Below, in pieces: positions 47,528-59,943 of a DNA stretch of 64,000 nt (its first letter is position 1; each line of letters starts with the position of its first letter). The DNA is from Gammaproteobacteria bacterium (GTDB taxonomy: Bacteria > Pseudomonadota > Gammaproteobacteria > SURF-13), in assembly GCA_030680605.1 (NCBI GenBank), contig JAUXUQ010000012.1, positions 22,339 through 86,338 on the forward strand, read 5' to 3'. The notes below the pieces were generated by a model that had not been told where the DNA came from, searched no databases, and saw only the letters and a list, made by a program, of their open reading frames with translations. The position numbers were made by a program, and so were the translations under genes.

Positions 47528-48742
47528 TCAAAGTTTTGCGCCGCGCGCAAGCCGCGGCAGATCCCCTGCCACACCCGCTGCGTGGCGCATGATCAGGTTT
47601 TTCAGCGGGCCCAGCGCATCGGCCAGTGTCAACCCTGCGCTGCGGGCCCAGCGCACCGGTGTGCGCGTGCTGCCGAACAACCGGTGCAGGCCCTCCAGTG
47701 CAGCGCCGGTGGCCAGCACATCACCCTTGCGCCAGCGTTCATAACGCCGCAGCACACTCAAAGCGCCGATGTCCTTGTGCCGCACATGCGCGTCGGCAAT
47801 CACCTCGGCCAGCACCGCAACATCCATGATACCCAGGTTAACACCCTGGCCCGCCAGCGGATGCACCGTGTGCGCAGCATCGCCAATCAGGGCCAGACGC
47901 GCCTGTGCGGTGCGCTCGGCCCACAGCAGCCGCAGCGGAAAGCATGCGCGCGGCCCGGCCTGCACGATAGCGCCGAGGCGCGACTCGAACGCGGCCTCCA
48001 GTTCACGGCCAAATGCAGCCTCATCCAGCACGCGCAAACGCTCGGCCCCGGCCGTAGGCAGCGACCACACCACGGCACTGTACCCGTCAGTGAGCGGCAA
48101 AAAGGCCAGCGGGCCGCCGGGCAGAAACCGTTGCCAGGCAGTGTCCTGGTGCGACTGCCCGGTCTTGACGTTGACCACCAGCGCGCTCTGCGCATAGGCC
48201 CAGCCATGCGTGTTGATGCCGGCAAGCTGCCGGATGCCGGAATCCGGGCCGTCAGCACCCACCACCAGACGCGCGTGCAATGTGCTCCCTGCCGCTGTCT
48301 TTAACTGGGCCCGGTCTGCGCCGAACTCGACGCCGCTGACGCTTTCCGGACAGCGCCATTCGATATTCGCATACTGCGCCACACGCTCAAGCAGTGCGCG
48401 CTGCAACACGCGGTTTTCCACGATGCATCCGAGCTGGTCGGTATCGATATCGGCGCTGTCAAAATGAATTGATCCGCCGGCAGCGTCCCACACCCGCATG
48501 GCATAAAACGGCTGTGCCTGTGCCGCGATGGCCGGCCACACGCCCAGCGCATTCAATACCCGCATTGAGCCAACAGTGATTGCGCTCACCCGCAGGTCGC
48601 GGCTGTGTGCGGGCCACGCACGCGCGGGCTGTCTCGCCTCGACCAGTGCGATGCGCAAACCGGTGCCGCCCAGGGCGCAGGCCAGGGCGGCGCCGACGAT
48701 GCCGGCGCCGCCAATAACCACATCGTAGCTGCGCGCACTCAT
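47528..48742 (-). CDS. FAD-dependent ubiquinone-biosynthesis hydroxylase (UbiH/UbiF/VisC family)
   Basis: 404 aa. GGAGIVGAALACAL dinucleotide motif, GDAAH motif. Confidence 0.8.
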   Translation of the reverse strand: MSARSYDVVIGGAGIVGAALACALGGTGLRIALVEARQPARAWPAHSRDLRVSAITVGSMRVLNALGVWPAIAAQAQPFYAMRVWDAAGGSIHFDSADIDTDQLGCIVENRVLQRALLERVAQYANIEWRCPESVSGVEFGADRAQLKTAAGSTLHARLVVGADGPDSGIRQLAGINTHGWAYAQSALVVNVKTGQSHQDTAWQRFLPGGPLAFLPLTDGYSAVVWSLPTAGAERLRVLDEAAFGRELEAAFESRLGAIVQAGPRACFPLRLLWAERTAQARLALIGDAAHTVHPLAGQGVNLGIMDVAVLAEVIADAHVRHKDIGALSVLRRYERWRKGDVLATGAALEGLHRLFGSTRTPVRWARSAGLTLADALGPLKNLIMRHAAGVAGDLPRLARGAKL

Positions 48743-50010
48743 GGTGCGGGTATGACCCCTGCCGCGATACCCAACACTTTATCCAGTGCGCCGCGATTCT
48801 GTTGCACCAGCTGCCTGCCCTTCTCGCCCGTCGCATGACGCAGATTGGCATCCGTGAGATATGACAGCACGGTTGTGGCAAGCTGTTCCACGTTCCTCAC
48901 CTGTTCGGCCGCACCTGCCTCGCGCAGCAGACGGCTCGCCTCCTCAAAATTGAACACATGTGGCCCAAAGATGACCGGCAGCCCGAGTGCGGCGGGTTCG
49001 ATCATGTTGTGGCCGCCCGCAGGCACCAGACTGCCACCGACGAAGGCGACATCCGCCGCCGCATACAGCAACGCCAGTTCGCCCATGCTGTCGCCAATAA
49101 ACACCTCCGTACTCGCGTCGCATGAGCGCGGTTCGCTGCGCAGCACGGTGTTGAATCCGTGCCTGCGGCACAGCGCCGCCACCCTGGCAAAGCGCTCGGG
49201 GTGACGCGGCACCAGCACCAGCAAACTCTGCGGCAGGCTACGCCGCACACTGGCATAGGCCTCCAGAATCATTGTCTCTTCGCCCTCGCGCGTGCTCGCC
49301 GCAATCCACACCGCGCGTTCTGCGCCCAGGCTGCGGCGCAGAACGGCGGCCTCTTCGTGCAGACTGGCTGGCATATTGATATCAAACTTGATGCTGCCGG
49401 TGACCCGCACGCGGGCGGCCTCCGCCCCCAAGGCGATGATGCGCGCGGCGTCCTTCTGCGTTTGCGCGGCAATTGCGCTGACGCACCCCAGCATTTCGGC
49501 CGTCAGACTGCGAACACGCCGGTAACCCGCAGCAGAGCGCGCCGACAGGCGCACGTTGACCAGCAGCAGCGGAATCGCACGCTCATGACAGCCGTGAAAA
49601 ATATTCGGCCACAGTTCGGTCTCCATGATGATGGCGATGCTCGGGCGTACGCGCACCAGAAACCGCCGCACTGCGCCCGGCAGGTCGTAGGGCACGTAAC
49701 AGTGCGTCACACCCTGCCCGAAGCTTGCTCGCACCTGCTCCGCGCCGGTGGGCGTCATGGTCGTCAACACGACGCGGTGTTGCGGATAGCGCGCCATGAG
49801 TGCGCGCACCAGCGGCGCTGCCGCCTGCACCTCACCGACCGAGACCGCATGCAGCCAGATGACGGGGTTAGCGGTCGGCGCCAGCGGGACAAAACCGAAG
49901 CGCTCCGGCCAGCGCCGCCAGTAGGCCGGGGCGCGCAGCCCGCGCCAGACCAGGCGCAACAGCACCAAAGGAAGCAAAAGGTATAACAGCAGGGTGTACG
50001 TATGTCTCAT
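48739..50010 (-). CDS. waaA: 3-deoxy-D-manno-octulosonic acid (Kdo) transferase
   Basis: ORF 48739..50067, start refined to MRHTYTLLLYLLLP. WaaA/KdtA similarity. 4-nt overlap with the upstream ubi-hydroxylase gene. Confidence 0.85.
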   Translation of the reverse strand: MRHTYTLLLYLLLPLVLLRLVWRGLRAPAYWRRWPERFGFVPLAPTANPVIWLHAVSVGEVQAAAPLVRALMARYPQHRVVLTTMTPTGAEQVRASFGQGVTHCYVPYDLPGAVRRFLVRVRPSIAIIMETELWPNIFHGCHERAIPLLLVNVRLSARSAAGYRRVRSLTAEMLGCVSAIAAQTQKDAARIIALGAEAARVRVTGSIKFDINMPASLHEEAAVLRRSLGAERAVWIAASTREGEETMILEAYASVRRSLPQSLLVLVPRHPERFARVAALCRRHGFNTVLRSEPRSCDASTEVFIGDSMGELALLYAAADVAFVGGSLVPAGGHNMIEPAALGLPVIFGPHVFNFEEASRLLREAGAAEQVRNVEQLATTVLSYLTDANLRHATGEKGRQLVQQNRGALDKVLGIAAGVIPAP

Positions 50011-50384
50011 AGAAGCAGATACAAGTGGCAAGTTACAAGATACAAGAAAAGGCCAGCACACCCGCAACTCTTTCGTCGCTTACTTGTACCTTGCACCTTG
50101 TCCTTGTACCTGTTTTTTAGCGCAACGCACTCACATCGGCCTCAGCGAAACTCTGATAGTACCCGCGCACGAGACGGGCACCGGCGCCTCGGACGAAATG
50201 CGCATAGCCTTTCCCTGCCGGTAACGGTACAACAGGGCATCGTCGGCCCCCAACAGGCGTGTCCGGCCAAAGGAATGGCTATGCATTATCATGCGCCCCA
50301 TAATACCACAGGGCCCCGCAACGGCAGGGAGTCAGGGCTGCCTGGATTTGGATTGTGCTGGGGACGCTGCGCGCGTTAAAATCC

Positions 50385-51328
50385 ATCCCGTGGAAGTTCA
50401 GCGCACTGCCCAACCCTCTCTCCTCTGCATACGCTTCCTCGCCCCGCGTTTCTGGCCTACGTGGCTGCTGCTGGGAATAATGTGGCTCATCGCGCAGCTG
50501 CCCTATCGCGCGCAGCTTGCGACCGGGAACATGCTCGGCCGCATGATGTATTACGCCTCGCCGCCGCGCAGGCATATTGCCGCGGTCAACCTGCGCTTGT
50601 GCTTTCCGGAACTCAGTGAACCCGAACGCGCAACCTTGCTGCGCCGCCATTTTGCTTCGCTCGGCATGAGCGCCGTGGAAACGGCCATGAGCTGGTGGAC
50701 GCCGGACAAAAAGTTGCGCCGGCTGGCGCACATCGAGGGCCTGGAGCATCTGGAGCAGGCCGGGAAAATGGGCAGGGGCGTGATTCTGCTCTCCGGCCAT
50801 TTCACCACGCTGGAGATCGGCGCCCGCTTGCTGGTCATGCAGGTGCTGTTCCACGCCATGTACCGCGAACACAAAAATCCGTTGTTCGAGGCCGTGATGC
50901 GGCGCGCGCGCGAACGGCACTGTGAATATGCCATCCCGCGCGGCGACGTGCGCGCCCTGCTCAACAGTTTAAAAATGGGGCTGCCGGTATGGTATGCGCC
51001 GGACCAGAATTACAGCAGCAAGAACACGGTGTTCGTGCCGTTCTTCGGCGTGCCCGCCTCGACCACCACTGCCACCTCACGGCTGGCGCGCATGAGCGGA
51101 GCAGCGGTGGTGCCGTTCTTCCAGCACCGCCTGCCCGGCACGCAGGGTTATGCGCTCACGCTGCTGCCGGCATTGGCCGGGTTCCCCAGCGAAGACGTCG
51201 AGGCCGATACCCTGCGCATCAACCAGCTCATCGAGGCACAGATACGCAAGGCGCCGGAGCAGTACCTGTGGGTGCACCGGCGATTCAAAACGCGCCCAGA
51301 GGGGGTGCGTGATGTGTACACCACCTGA
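50385..51328 (+). CDS. lpxL: Lipid A biosynthesis lauroyl/myristoyl acyltransferase (LpxL/HtrB family)
   Basis: Collinear with E. coli LpxL from FLAPRFWPTWLL to C-terminal YLWVHRRFKTRPEGV. Probable GTG start (track ORF begins 50291). Confidence 0.8.
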
Positions 51329-51524
51329 GCGGACAAGCAATCGGTGTCAAGCGTGGGCAATGACACATCCCCATATACGCGTGTTTTTGTCTGCCCGCGC
51401 GGTTACACCATACCCGCATCCACGCGGGCAGACAAGCCGCCCACCTTACTCGGCTGACCCATTCGGTGAAGGCATTGTGAAGTATAATGCAAAGATCTGC
51501 CCTTACTGATGCTCAGTCCTTGAT

Positions 51525-52927
51525 ATGACCATCCACCCCGTTATCCTATCTGGCGGTGCAGGCAGCCGATTGTGGCCCTTGTCGCGCGAGCATTATCCCA
51601 AACAACTGCTTTGCCTGGTGGGGGAAGGCACCCTGCTACAACAAACCATCACACGACTTGATGGGCTACCCAATATCGCCCCCCCCTTACTCGTCTGCAA
51701 CGAAGAGCATCGTTTTCTCGTGGCGGAGCAAGTGCGACAACTGGGCAAAGAGCCCCTGGATATTATTCTTGAACCGGTGGGGCACAACACCGCGCCCGCG
51801 CTGACCTTGGCGGCTCTTGCATTAACCATGCATGATGCCGATGCCTTGATGCTGGTCATGCCCGCAGACCATGTCATACGACACACAGAGGCATTTCAGC
51901 ACGCCGTGACGGATGCCGCGGGGCTTGCCAAAAACGGACACTTGGTCACCTTTGGCGTGGCCCCAGCCGCTCCCGAAACCGGCTACGGTTATATTAAAAA
52001 AGGGGAAGGTACTGATGTCGCGGCGTTTGTTGAGAAGCCGGATGTGGAAACCGCACAAACCTATCTGGCATCCGGCGACTATCTGTGGAACAGTGGCATG
52101 TTTCTGATGCGTGCCTCGCTCTGGCTGGATGAGTTGGCGCGCTACCGGCCCGATATGTTAAACGCATGCCGCAGCGCTTTTGAGCAGGGAGTCAAGGACG
52201 GAGATTTTTACCGCATCAACAAACAGGCTTTTGTCTCCTGCCCCAGTGATTCGATTGATTACGCAGTGATGGAAAAGACCGAATGCGCCGCTGTTGTGCC
52301 ACTGAATGCGGGTTGGTCGGACATTGGCGCATGGTCAGCGTTGTGGGACGTTTCCGAACAAGATGCCGAGGGGAATGTCACGCAAGGCGATGTTTATATG
52401 CACGCCACGCAGAACGCGCTGCTTATCGCACAGCATCGGTTTCTGGCCGCCGTGGGCCTGGAAGATATCATCGTCATCGAAACATCCGATGCCGTTCTCG
52501 TGGCGCATAAAGATCACGCCCAGAACGTGCGTGAAATCGTCAACCGCCTGAAAGCAGAGGAACGCAGCGAATATCAACAGCATCGCCGCGTGCACCGCCC
52601 TTGGGGATGTTTTGAGGCTATTGACCGTGGAGAGCGGTTTCAAGTCAAGCGGCTCGCCATCAATCCCGGCGCGGCGATCTCGCTGCAAATGCACCAGCAT
52701 CGTGCCGAGCATTGGGTGGTGGTGAAAGGCACTGCGAAGGTTACTTGCGGCGACGAAGAGTATACCTTGACTGAAAATCAATCCACGTACATCCCTATCG
52801 GCGAAAAGCATCGGCTTGAGAATCCAGGTTCTATCCCGCTTGAGATCATCGAGATTCAATCCGGCACCTATCTTGGAGAGGATGACATCATGCGTTTTGA
52901 AGATAACTACAACCGGCACCATCAATA

Positions 52928-52928
<1 letters not shown>
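51525..52928 (+). CDS. manC: Mannose-1-phosphate guanylyltransferase / mannose-6-phosphate isomerase
   Basis: 467 aa. [14 protein letters not shown] nucleotidyltransferase motif plus C-terminal cupin PMI domain. Confidence 0.9.
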
Positions 52929-54026
<1,098 letters not shown>

Positions 54027-54034
<8 letters not shown>

Positions 54035-54980
54035 AGACGCAAAGATTTACGTCGCCGGCCACCGTGGCATGGTCGGCAGTGCGATCGAGCGGCGCCTGCG
54101 CGCGGCCGGCTACGACAACCTGACCACCCGCACCCGCGACAAACTCGACCTCCTCGACCAGCACGCAGTCCACGCGTTTTTGCAGGCCGAGCAGCCAGAC
54201 TACATTTTCATCGCCGCCGCCCGCGTCGGCGGCATCCACGCCAACAACACCTATCGCGCCGAGTTCATCTACCAGAACATGGTGATTGAGACCAACCTGA
54301 TCCATGGCGCACATCTTGCCGACGTCCAGCATCTGATGTTCCTCGGCAGCAGCTGCGTCTACCCGCGCGACTGCCCGCAGCCGATGCGTGAGGAATACCT
54401 GCTCACCGGCCCGCTCGAGTACACCAACGAGCCCTACGCGCTTGCCAAGATCACCGGCATCAAACTATGCGAGGCCTACCGGCACCAGTACGGGCGTGAT
54501 TACATCAGCGTGATGCCGGCCAACCTGTACGGCCCGAACGATAACTACGACCTCGAAACCAGTCATGTGCTACCCGCGCTGATCCGCAAGGCGCACGAAA
54601 CCAAGCTGCGCGACGACCCAGAGATCGTGGTCTGGGGCAGTGGCACACCCAAACGCGAGTTCCTGTTCGTGGAGGACTTGGCCGATGCCTGCGTGCTCCT
54701 GATGGAACACCAGTTCAGGGCGGGGAAGGCCGCGCTGCCCTCACTCATCAACATCGGCTGCGGCGATGACCTCAGCATCCGTGAACTTGCGGAGACCGTC
54801 ATGCAGGTCATCGGATTGACGAGCGCGATTGTTTTCGATGCAACCAAGCCCGACGGCACCCCGCGCAAGCTGCTCGACACCGGCCGCATCAACCAACTCG
54901 GCTGGCGCCCGCGCACCCCGCTTCGGGAAGGCATCCGGCTCAGCTACCAGGACTTCCTGACCACAGGCGCCTCGCGATGA
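54027..54980 (+). CDS. fcl: GDP-L-fucose synthase
   Basis: Starts [20 protein letters not shown]. 8-nt overlap with gmd. Confidence 0.9.
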
Positions 54981-55014
54981 CAATATCCAAATGGCCTCCA
55001 CCCTCTCCAAAATC

Positions 55015-55135
55015 CACCAGTTCATCGAGGCGCAGATACTCAAGGCGCCCAGTACCTGTGGGTGCATCGCCGCTTCAATACCCAGCTGGCCGGTGAGCGT
55101 GACGCGTACACCGCCTGAGTGGGGCAAGCAGCCGG
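55015..55135 (+). pseudogene. Degenerate, frameshifted duplicate of the lpxL 3' terminus plus about 20 bp of its 3' flank
   Basis: About 80 percent identical to 51224..51345 (CAGYTCATCGAGGCRCAGATAC.CAAGGCGCC...AGTACCTGTGGGTGCA...TACACC.CCTGAG), with a 4-nt deletion. Similarity continues past the stop codon. Confidence 0.6.
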
Positions 55136-55323
55136 CGCCTCGCGACATCGTATGCGCTTCCCGGCACGCTACGCCAACCCCAAACGCGCATCCGACCGCG
55201 CCGGGAGGCTGTTGACAATGTCGGCGCACTGCCAGATCATGTGAAAAATCCCTGTGCGCATCCCTCCTTGTTCCGGTCAGACACGAACGTTGCACATGCG
55301 TTGCGCCCAGGCCCACATAACCA

Positions 55324-56394
55324 ATGAACGACATCAGCAGAGAGCCGGTCACGTCACGGGCCATTCGCGTCAAATTCCTAAGCAAGACCGGCGAACGGAT
55401 CTGGCGCAGGCAACTGCCGGGACATGGCGCCCTATGGGGCAACTGCGAATTCATCTTTGACAAAGATGAGCGGGACTATGACTGGCTGGTAGTCTATGAT
55501 GATCTTCCGTCAACGAAAGGCGAGCGCTTCTCCGTCCGAGTGGAGCCGCTGTCCTGCGCTCGGGAAAACACCCTCCTTGTCACCACCGAACCTTCTTCCA
55601 TCAAATCCTACGGCAGCGCCTATACCGCGCAGTTTGGCCATGTGCTGACCAGCCAGGAACCCTGGGCGCTGCCGCACCCCAACCGGATATACTCACAGCC
55701 GGCCTTACGCTGGTTTTATGGTGTGGGCCGCGGACATGAGATTTCATATGACCACTTGGCAAGCGCGCAACCGCCATCCAAATCAAAAACCCTCTCTACC
55801 GTCTGCTCCAGCAAACGGCAGAAGCACACCTTGCACAACAGACGCTATGAATTCACCCTGGCACTGAAAGCGCTGCTCCCCGAACTGGATATCTACGGCC
55901 ATGGCGTGCGTGACATGGATGACAAGGCGGAGGCGCTGGATGACTACCGTTACCACATCGCCATTGAGAATTACGTCGGCGCCCACCACTGTACCGAGAA
56001 GTTGTCGGATGCGTTTCTGGGATTCACATTGCCGTTTTATTACGGCTGCCCCAATGCGGAACAGTACTTCCCGCCCCGGAGTTTCATCCGTATCGATATC
56101 GGCGATATTGAGAAAACCCGCAATATCATTGCGCGCGCCATTGCGGACAATGAATACCAGAAGCGGCTTCCGGACATCGTGGAAGCGCGCCGCAGGGTTC
56201 TGGAGGATTACAATATTTTTTCGGTGTTGGCAAATGTTGTGGGCGCGCATCATGCGGCGGCGGGCGCCCGCAAGGAACCTTTTATCCTGATGTCCCGCCG
56301 CGCCCTGATAACCAGACATCCGCTCGCAGGGCTGAGGCACCTGTTTGAAAAGGCGCGTGTCAGGCTGCTGCATTCAGCCGGGCGCGGACAATGA
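55324..56394 (+). CDS. Putative fucosyltransferase, GT10-like
   Basis: C-terminal motif YRYHIAIENYVGAHHCTEKLSDAFLGFTLPFYYGCPN matches the alpha-1,3-fucosyltransferase signature (Y.F.LAFENS...DY.TEK). Sits next to GDP-fucose synthesis genes. Confidence 0.55.
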   Translation: MNDISREPVTSRAIRVKFLSKTGERIWRRQLPGHGALWGNCEFIFDKDERDYDWLVVYDDLPSTKGERFSVRVEPLSCARENTLLVTTEPSSIKSYGSAYTAQFGHVLTSQEPWALPHPNRIYSQPALRWFYGVGRGHEISYDHLASAQPPSKSKTLSTVCSSKRQKHTLHNRRYEFTLALKALLPELDIYGHGVRDMDDKAEALDDYRYHIAIENYVGAHHCTEKLSDAFLGFTLPFYYGCPNAEQYFPPRSFIRIDIGDIEKTRNIIARAIADNEYQKRLPDIVEARRRVLEDYNIFSVLANVVGAHHAAAGARKEPFILMSRRALITRHPLAGLRHLFEKARVRLLHSAGRGQ

Positions 56395-56548
56395 CACATC
56401 CTCCGCAGCCACTTTGCGGCCACACAGGCGTCTGGCCACGTACCCAGCCCGACGAATTTCCCTGGATGACATTCGACAGATAGCTTTATGCTCGGCGCGT
56501 CCACAGGCGACCCCGCCATTAAAACCTAACACGGCGACAGCAATCCAA

Positions 56549-57094
56549 ATGAACATCGGAAAATCACTGGAAAAATGGTTTCGTGGAGCGCGATATGCGC
56601 CGCGAATATTGATGAGGTACGGGACATTGAATCCCGAGGTCGTCAGCATTCCGCATGCCGCCGGCAGATTCCACATCAACCCCCATGATGAACGCGCCAG
56701 AAAGAAATTGATTTTTGACGCGGTCAGAAACAGGTACTCGATCAACCGCAGGTTCTGGAACGACTTCATAGCCGCAGTCCAGCCAGACCTGGCATTGGAT
56801 ATCGGCACAAACTATGGGGAGTGCATTTTCTCCCCCACGTACCCGGACAACACGAGGGCAATCGCCTTTGAGGCCAACCCTGAACTGGTGGGCTACCTGG
56901 AAAAAACCCGCCACGATCACCCCTCCATGAATCAGATTGAAGTGATCAACGCGCTGGTAGGCAAGGAACCCTCCGGGCAACTGGGAATTGTCCTGATCCG
57001 AGAGCAGGGAACAATGGGCGTCATCCACAAATTCAATGGCAGACCCCTGTGGCTTGCTTGTGGTGTGTGGTGTTCTGCCGGGCTTGCGCCATGA
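56549..57094 (+). CDS. FkbM-family methyltransferase (short)
   Basis: Starts MNIGKSLEKW. ALDIGTNYGECIF resembles the FkbM SAM-binding motif. Confidence 0.55.
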   Translation: MNIGKSLEKWFRGARYAPRILMRYGTLNPEVVSIPHAAGRFHINPHDERARKKLIFDAVRNRYSINRRFWNDFIAAVQPDLALDIGTNYGECIFSPTYPDNTRAIAFEANPELVGYLEKTRHDHPSMNQIEVINALVGKEPSGQLGIVLIREQGTMGVIHKFNGRPLWLACGVWCSAGLAP

Positions 57095-57483
57095 ATGTCA
57101 ACCCTGTCGAGCGCCTGATACTTGCGGGCCTTGAACCTTTTGCCCGCGGCGGGAGCCGGGATTGCTTCGTTCATCCTTACCACCCCGACCGCTGCGTAAA
57201 GGTCGCCCGCGTTGAGCGGGCGCCCGAAATACTGCATCGTCAGTCGCCGTGGTGGAGACGCTGGCGCAAGTCGGTTCATGATTTCGATGATAGCTTCCGC
57301 GACTACCGCACGCTCAAAACCCTCGAATCAGACAACGACCCCGCCATCTGGCGGCACCTGCCTCGTTGCTTTGGCTGGGTGGAGACTGATCGCGGCCGTG
57401 GCCTGGTGATCGAACTGATCCGCGACGCCGAATACCAACGAACTGATGTTAGTCCTGAGTTGCGCCAGCGGTTGCGAACATAA
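57091..57483 (+). pseudogene. YrbL-family (PhoP regulatory network) protein, C-terminally truncated
   Basis: RDCFVHPYHPDRCVKV and LPRCFGWVETDRGRGLVIELI match the E. coli YrbL N-terminal half. Ends at about 131 aa (family about 210 aa) at the junction with AT-rich DNA and an IS fragment. Confidence 0.45.
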
Positions 57484-57614
57484 ACATAGTGTGGGGCTGG
57501 TATAGGAAACAAAATGGGCTGAGGGGTTGTAAGCATAGTCGTAAATTCAATTTTTTTCAGATTTTCGATATTTAACACTACTGACTGCCCCTAGCAACGA
57601 GTCGAGAGGTACAG

Positions 57615-57930
57615 TTAGTTTTCAGTTGAAATTTCGTTGTAGTCCTTCTGGCGTTGCATGACAAATCGGGGTGATACTGGCTTAGACAATAAGGTTTGTG
57701 GTGCAGGTGGGCGATAGCCGAGTGAGCTATGCGGTCGTATCGTGTTGTAATGAACACGCCAGTTCTCGATCACGGTCTGTGCCTCCTTCAGGGTATAGAA
57801 TATCTCACCATTCAATAGATCATCTCTCAGCTTGCCATTAAAGCTCTCGTTACTGGCCGCATTACAGAGAGAGATTATCAGATCCGGATCGCCGCTGTTC
57901 AACTGTGGCCAGTTGGATGAAAACAGGCGA
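57615..57930 (-). mobile_element. IS3-family transposase (OrfB) C-terminal fragment, IS remnant
   Basis: ...ESFNGKLRDDLLNGEIFYTLKEAQTVIENWRVHYNTIRPHSSLGYRPPAP is the characteristic IS3-family integrase C-terminus. No N-terminal catalytic region present. Adjacent AT-rich 57484..57614. Confidence 0.65.
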
Positions 57931-57931
57931 T

Positions 57932-58666
57932 TTACTCGCGCCAGTAGTCGTTGATCCAGACCGCTGGCCGGATATGTTTGTAGAGCCTCTTGTACCACTT
58001 GGCCGGCCATACTCCCACAACCGCCTCATGCGGATCGGGCTTGCCGGTAAAGACAACAATGCGAGCATTTTCGGGCAGGCGTGGGGTCTGAACGAAGTTC
58101 AACGGCCAACGCGGCACAATCGAGTGCTTGAAGCTAATGCACCACTCAGAGGGAAAGAACTCAACCTGCCCCAAAGTGCGGCAGACAAAGGTTTGACTGT
58201 TACGGTATAAACGCATCATCTCCATAGGGTCAGGTCGAAACCTCTCCCATACCTTAGTCAGTGCGCCAACGCGGAAACGGAACACGGACATATTCCCAAT
58301 GCCCTGCCCCGGCTGGGTCCAGTTCTCGGCAACTACAAAGTTTAAGTCAGGTTTATAGTCAAAGAATCCATCAAGTGACCCAGTCACCACCAGATCAAGA
58401 TCGAGATGGAGGACGTCACCTTTAATATCTTCCAGTCGCTCCTGAAAAATGAACATTCGCCGAAACGGATGACGGCGCAAGGATTCGGGCAGGTCGAACG
58501 CGGGCATTGCTTTTATTTCAACCTCCGGACGGATACCATGCCTGTCGTCCGTCAGACAGACGAAACGGAAATCTCCCGAGAGATTCCTGGAAACCATGCC
58601 ATACAGTTTGTTGACGTAGTCGGCTGGGTATTTGTCGCCCCACTTCAGGCAAATGATCTGTTTCAT
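57932..58666 (-). CDS. Putative glycosyltransferase with DXD motif (GT32-like sugar-binding region)
   Basis: N-terminal KQIICLKWGDKYPADYV and HLDLDLV (DXD). Confidence 0.5.
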   Translation of the reverse strand: MKQIICLKWGDKYPADYVNKLYGMVSRNLSGDFRFVCLTDDRHGIRPEVEIKAMPAFDLPESLRRHPFRRMFIFQERLEDIKGDVLHLDLDLVVTGSLDGFFDYKPDLNFVVAENWTQPGQGIGNMSVFRFRVGALTKVWERFRPDPMEMMRLYRNSQTFVCRTLGQVEFFPSEWCISFKHSIVPRWPLNFVQTPRLPENARIVVFTGKPDPHEAVVGVWPAKWYKRLYKHIRPAVWINDYWRE

Positions 58667-58820
58667 GTGCTGGAGATGCTACCACGAAGCTGCGATTTCT
58701 TCCATGTGCTGGAGTCTAGGCGCTTTTCCTGCACAGAGGTGCCGCACGCGCCACCTTGAGCCGGACACGAGGCATGCACACAGACTGACTCGTGTCGGGC
58801 AGACCGCATGGTTTATTGCG

Positions 58821-59943
58821 TCACCCCGCTGCAGCCAGTTTCCGGTAGACATCCAGGGTCGATTCAAGCATGTGCGCCAGGGTAAACGGGTGCTGTCCGG
58901 GAACGCTGGGCGCTTGCGCGTGCCACCCGGCGAGCCGTTGCATCATCGCAGCGTAGTCGCCCACCGGCACGCGCCCCACCGGGAATACCGCGGCAAGCTG
59001 CTCGGCGACACCGCCGTGATTGTAGGCCGCGACCGGCACGCCGAGGCTGAGCGCCTCCAGGGACACGCGCCCGAACGCCTCCGGATCGGTGGACAGCGAC
59101 AACACCACGTCTGATACCGCCATGATCTCCTTGAGATCACTGCGGTGGCCGGTGAAGGTGATGTCGGCCGAAAGCCCGGCCTCCGCAACTTTGGCGCGCA
59201 GCTCAGCGGCGTAATGCTGCTTGCGCGGGTGCGCGTCGCCCACCAGCAGCCCGTGCACCGGCAGGCCTCGCTGCTTCAGGCCGGCGATAACACGAATGAA
59301 ATCCTCCTGCCCCTTCCAGCGCGTCAATCGCCCCGGCAGCGTGATGACGTACTTGCCCTGCAACTGCGGATACTGCGCGCGCCACTGCGCCAGCCACCCG
59401 GGCGACGGCTGATAGCCGTGCGGGAACTCCGCCGGATCGACGCCGCGATGAATGACTTTGATGCGCGCCGGATCGGTCAGCGGGTAATTCGTGAGGATGT
59501 AATCCCGCACGGTGTTGGACACGGCGATGACGCGCTCGCCGCGTGTCATGATGGCGCTGTAGCGGTTCACCGAATAGAGGCCGTGTACGGTGGTGACGAA
59601 GCGCGGGCGGGTTTGCGGGGCCATGCCCTTCCAGGCCAGGTAGCATACCCAGGCCGGCAGGCGCGAGCGCGCATGCAGGATGTCGACCTGGTTTTCGCGC
59701 AGGAAGCGGCGTAAGCGAGGAATGAGGCGCAGCGTCCACAGCGATTTCCTGCCAATGTCCCATTGAATGTGCTCGCTGCCGTCACGCTCCAACTCGGCAA
59801 CCATGCGGCCGCCCGCCGAAATGACCAGCGAGCGGTGGCCGTGCCGCACCAGTTCACGCGCCACCTCCAGCGTGCCGCGCTCGACGCCGCCGCTCTCCAG
59901 GGCGGGCAGCACCTGCAGCACGGTCAGCGGCCGGGGAACCATG
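58821..59943 (-). CDS. Glycosyltransferase family 4 (group 1)
   Basis: ORF 58821..60212, start refined to MVPRPLTVLQVLPALESGGVERG. C-terminal EAFGRVSLEALSLGVPVAAYNHGG GT4 motif. Confidence 0.8.

Noticed and set aside
50011-50384. JUMPStart/ops element upstream of LPS genes
   Set aside because: Searched the waaA/lpxL region for GGCGGTAG. Not present.
54991-55215. ORF 54991..55215 (74 aa) as a real gene
   Set aside because: Its N-terminal half merely translates the degenerate lpxL 3' duplicate in a shifted frame. Better explained as a pseudogene remnant.
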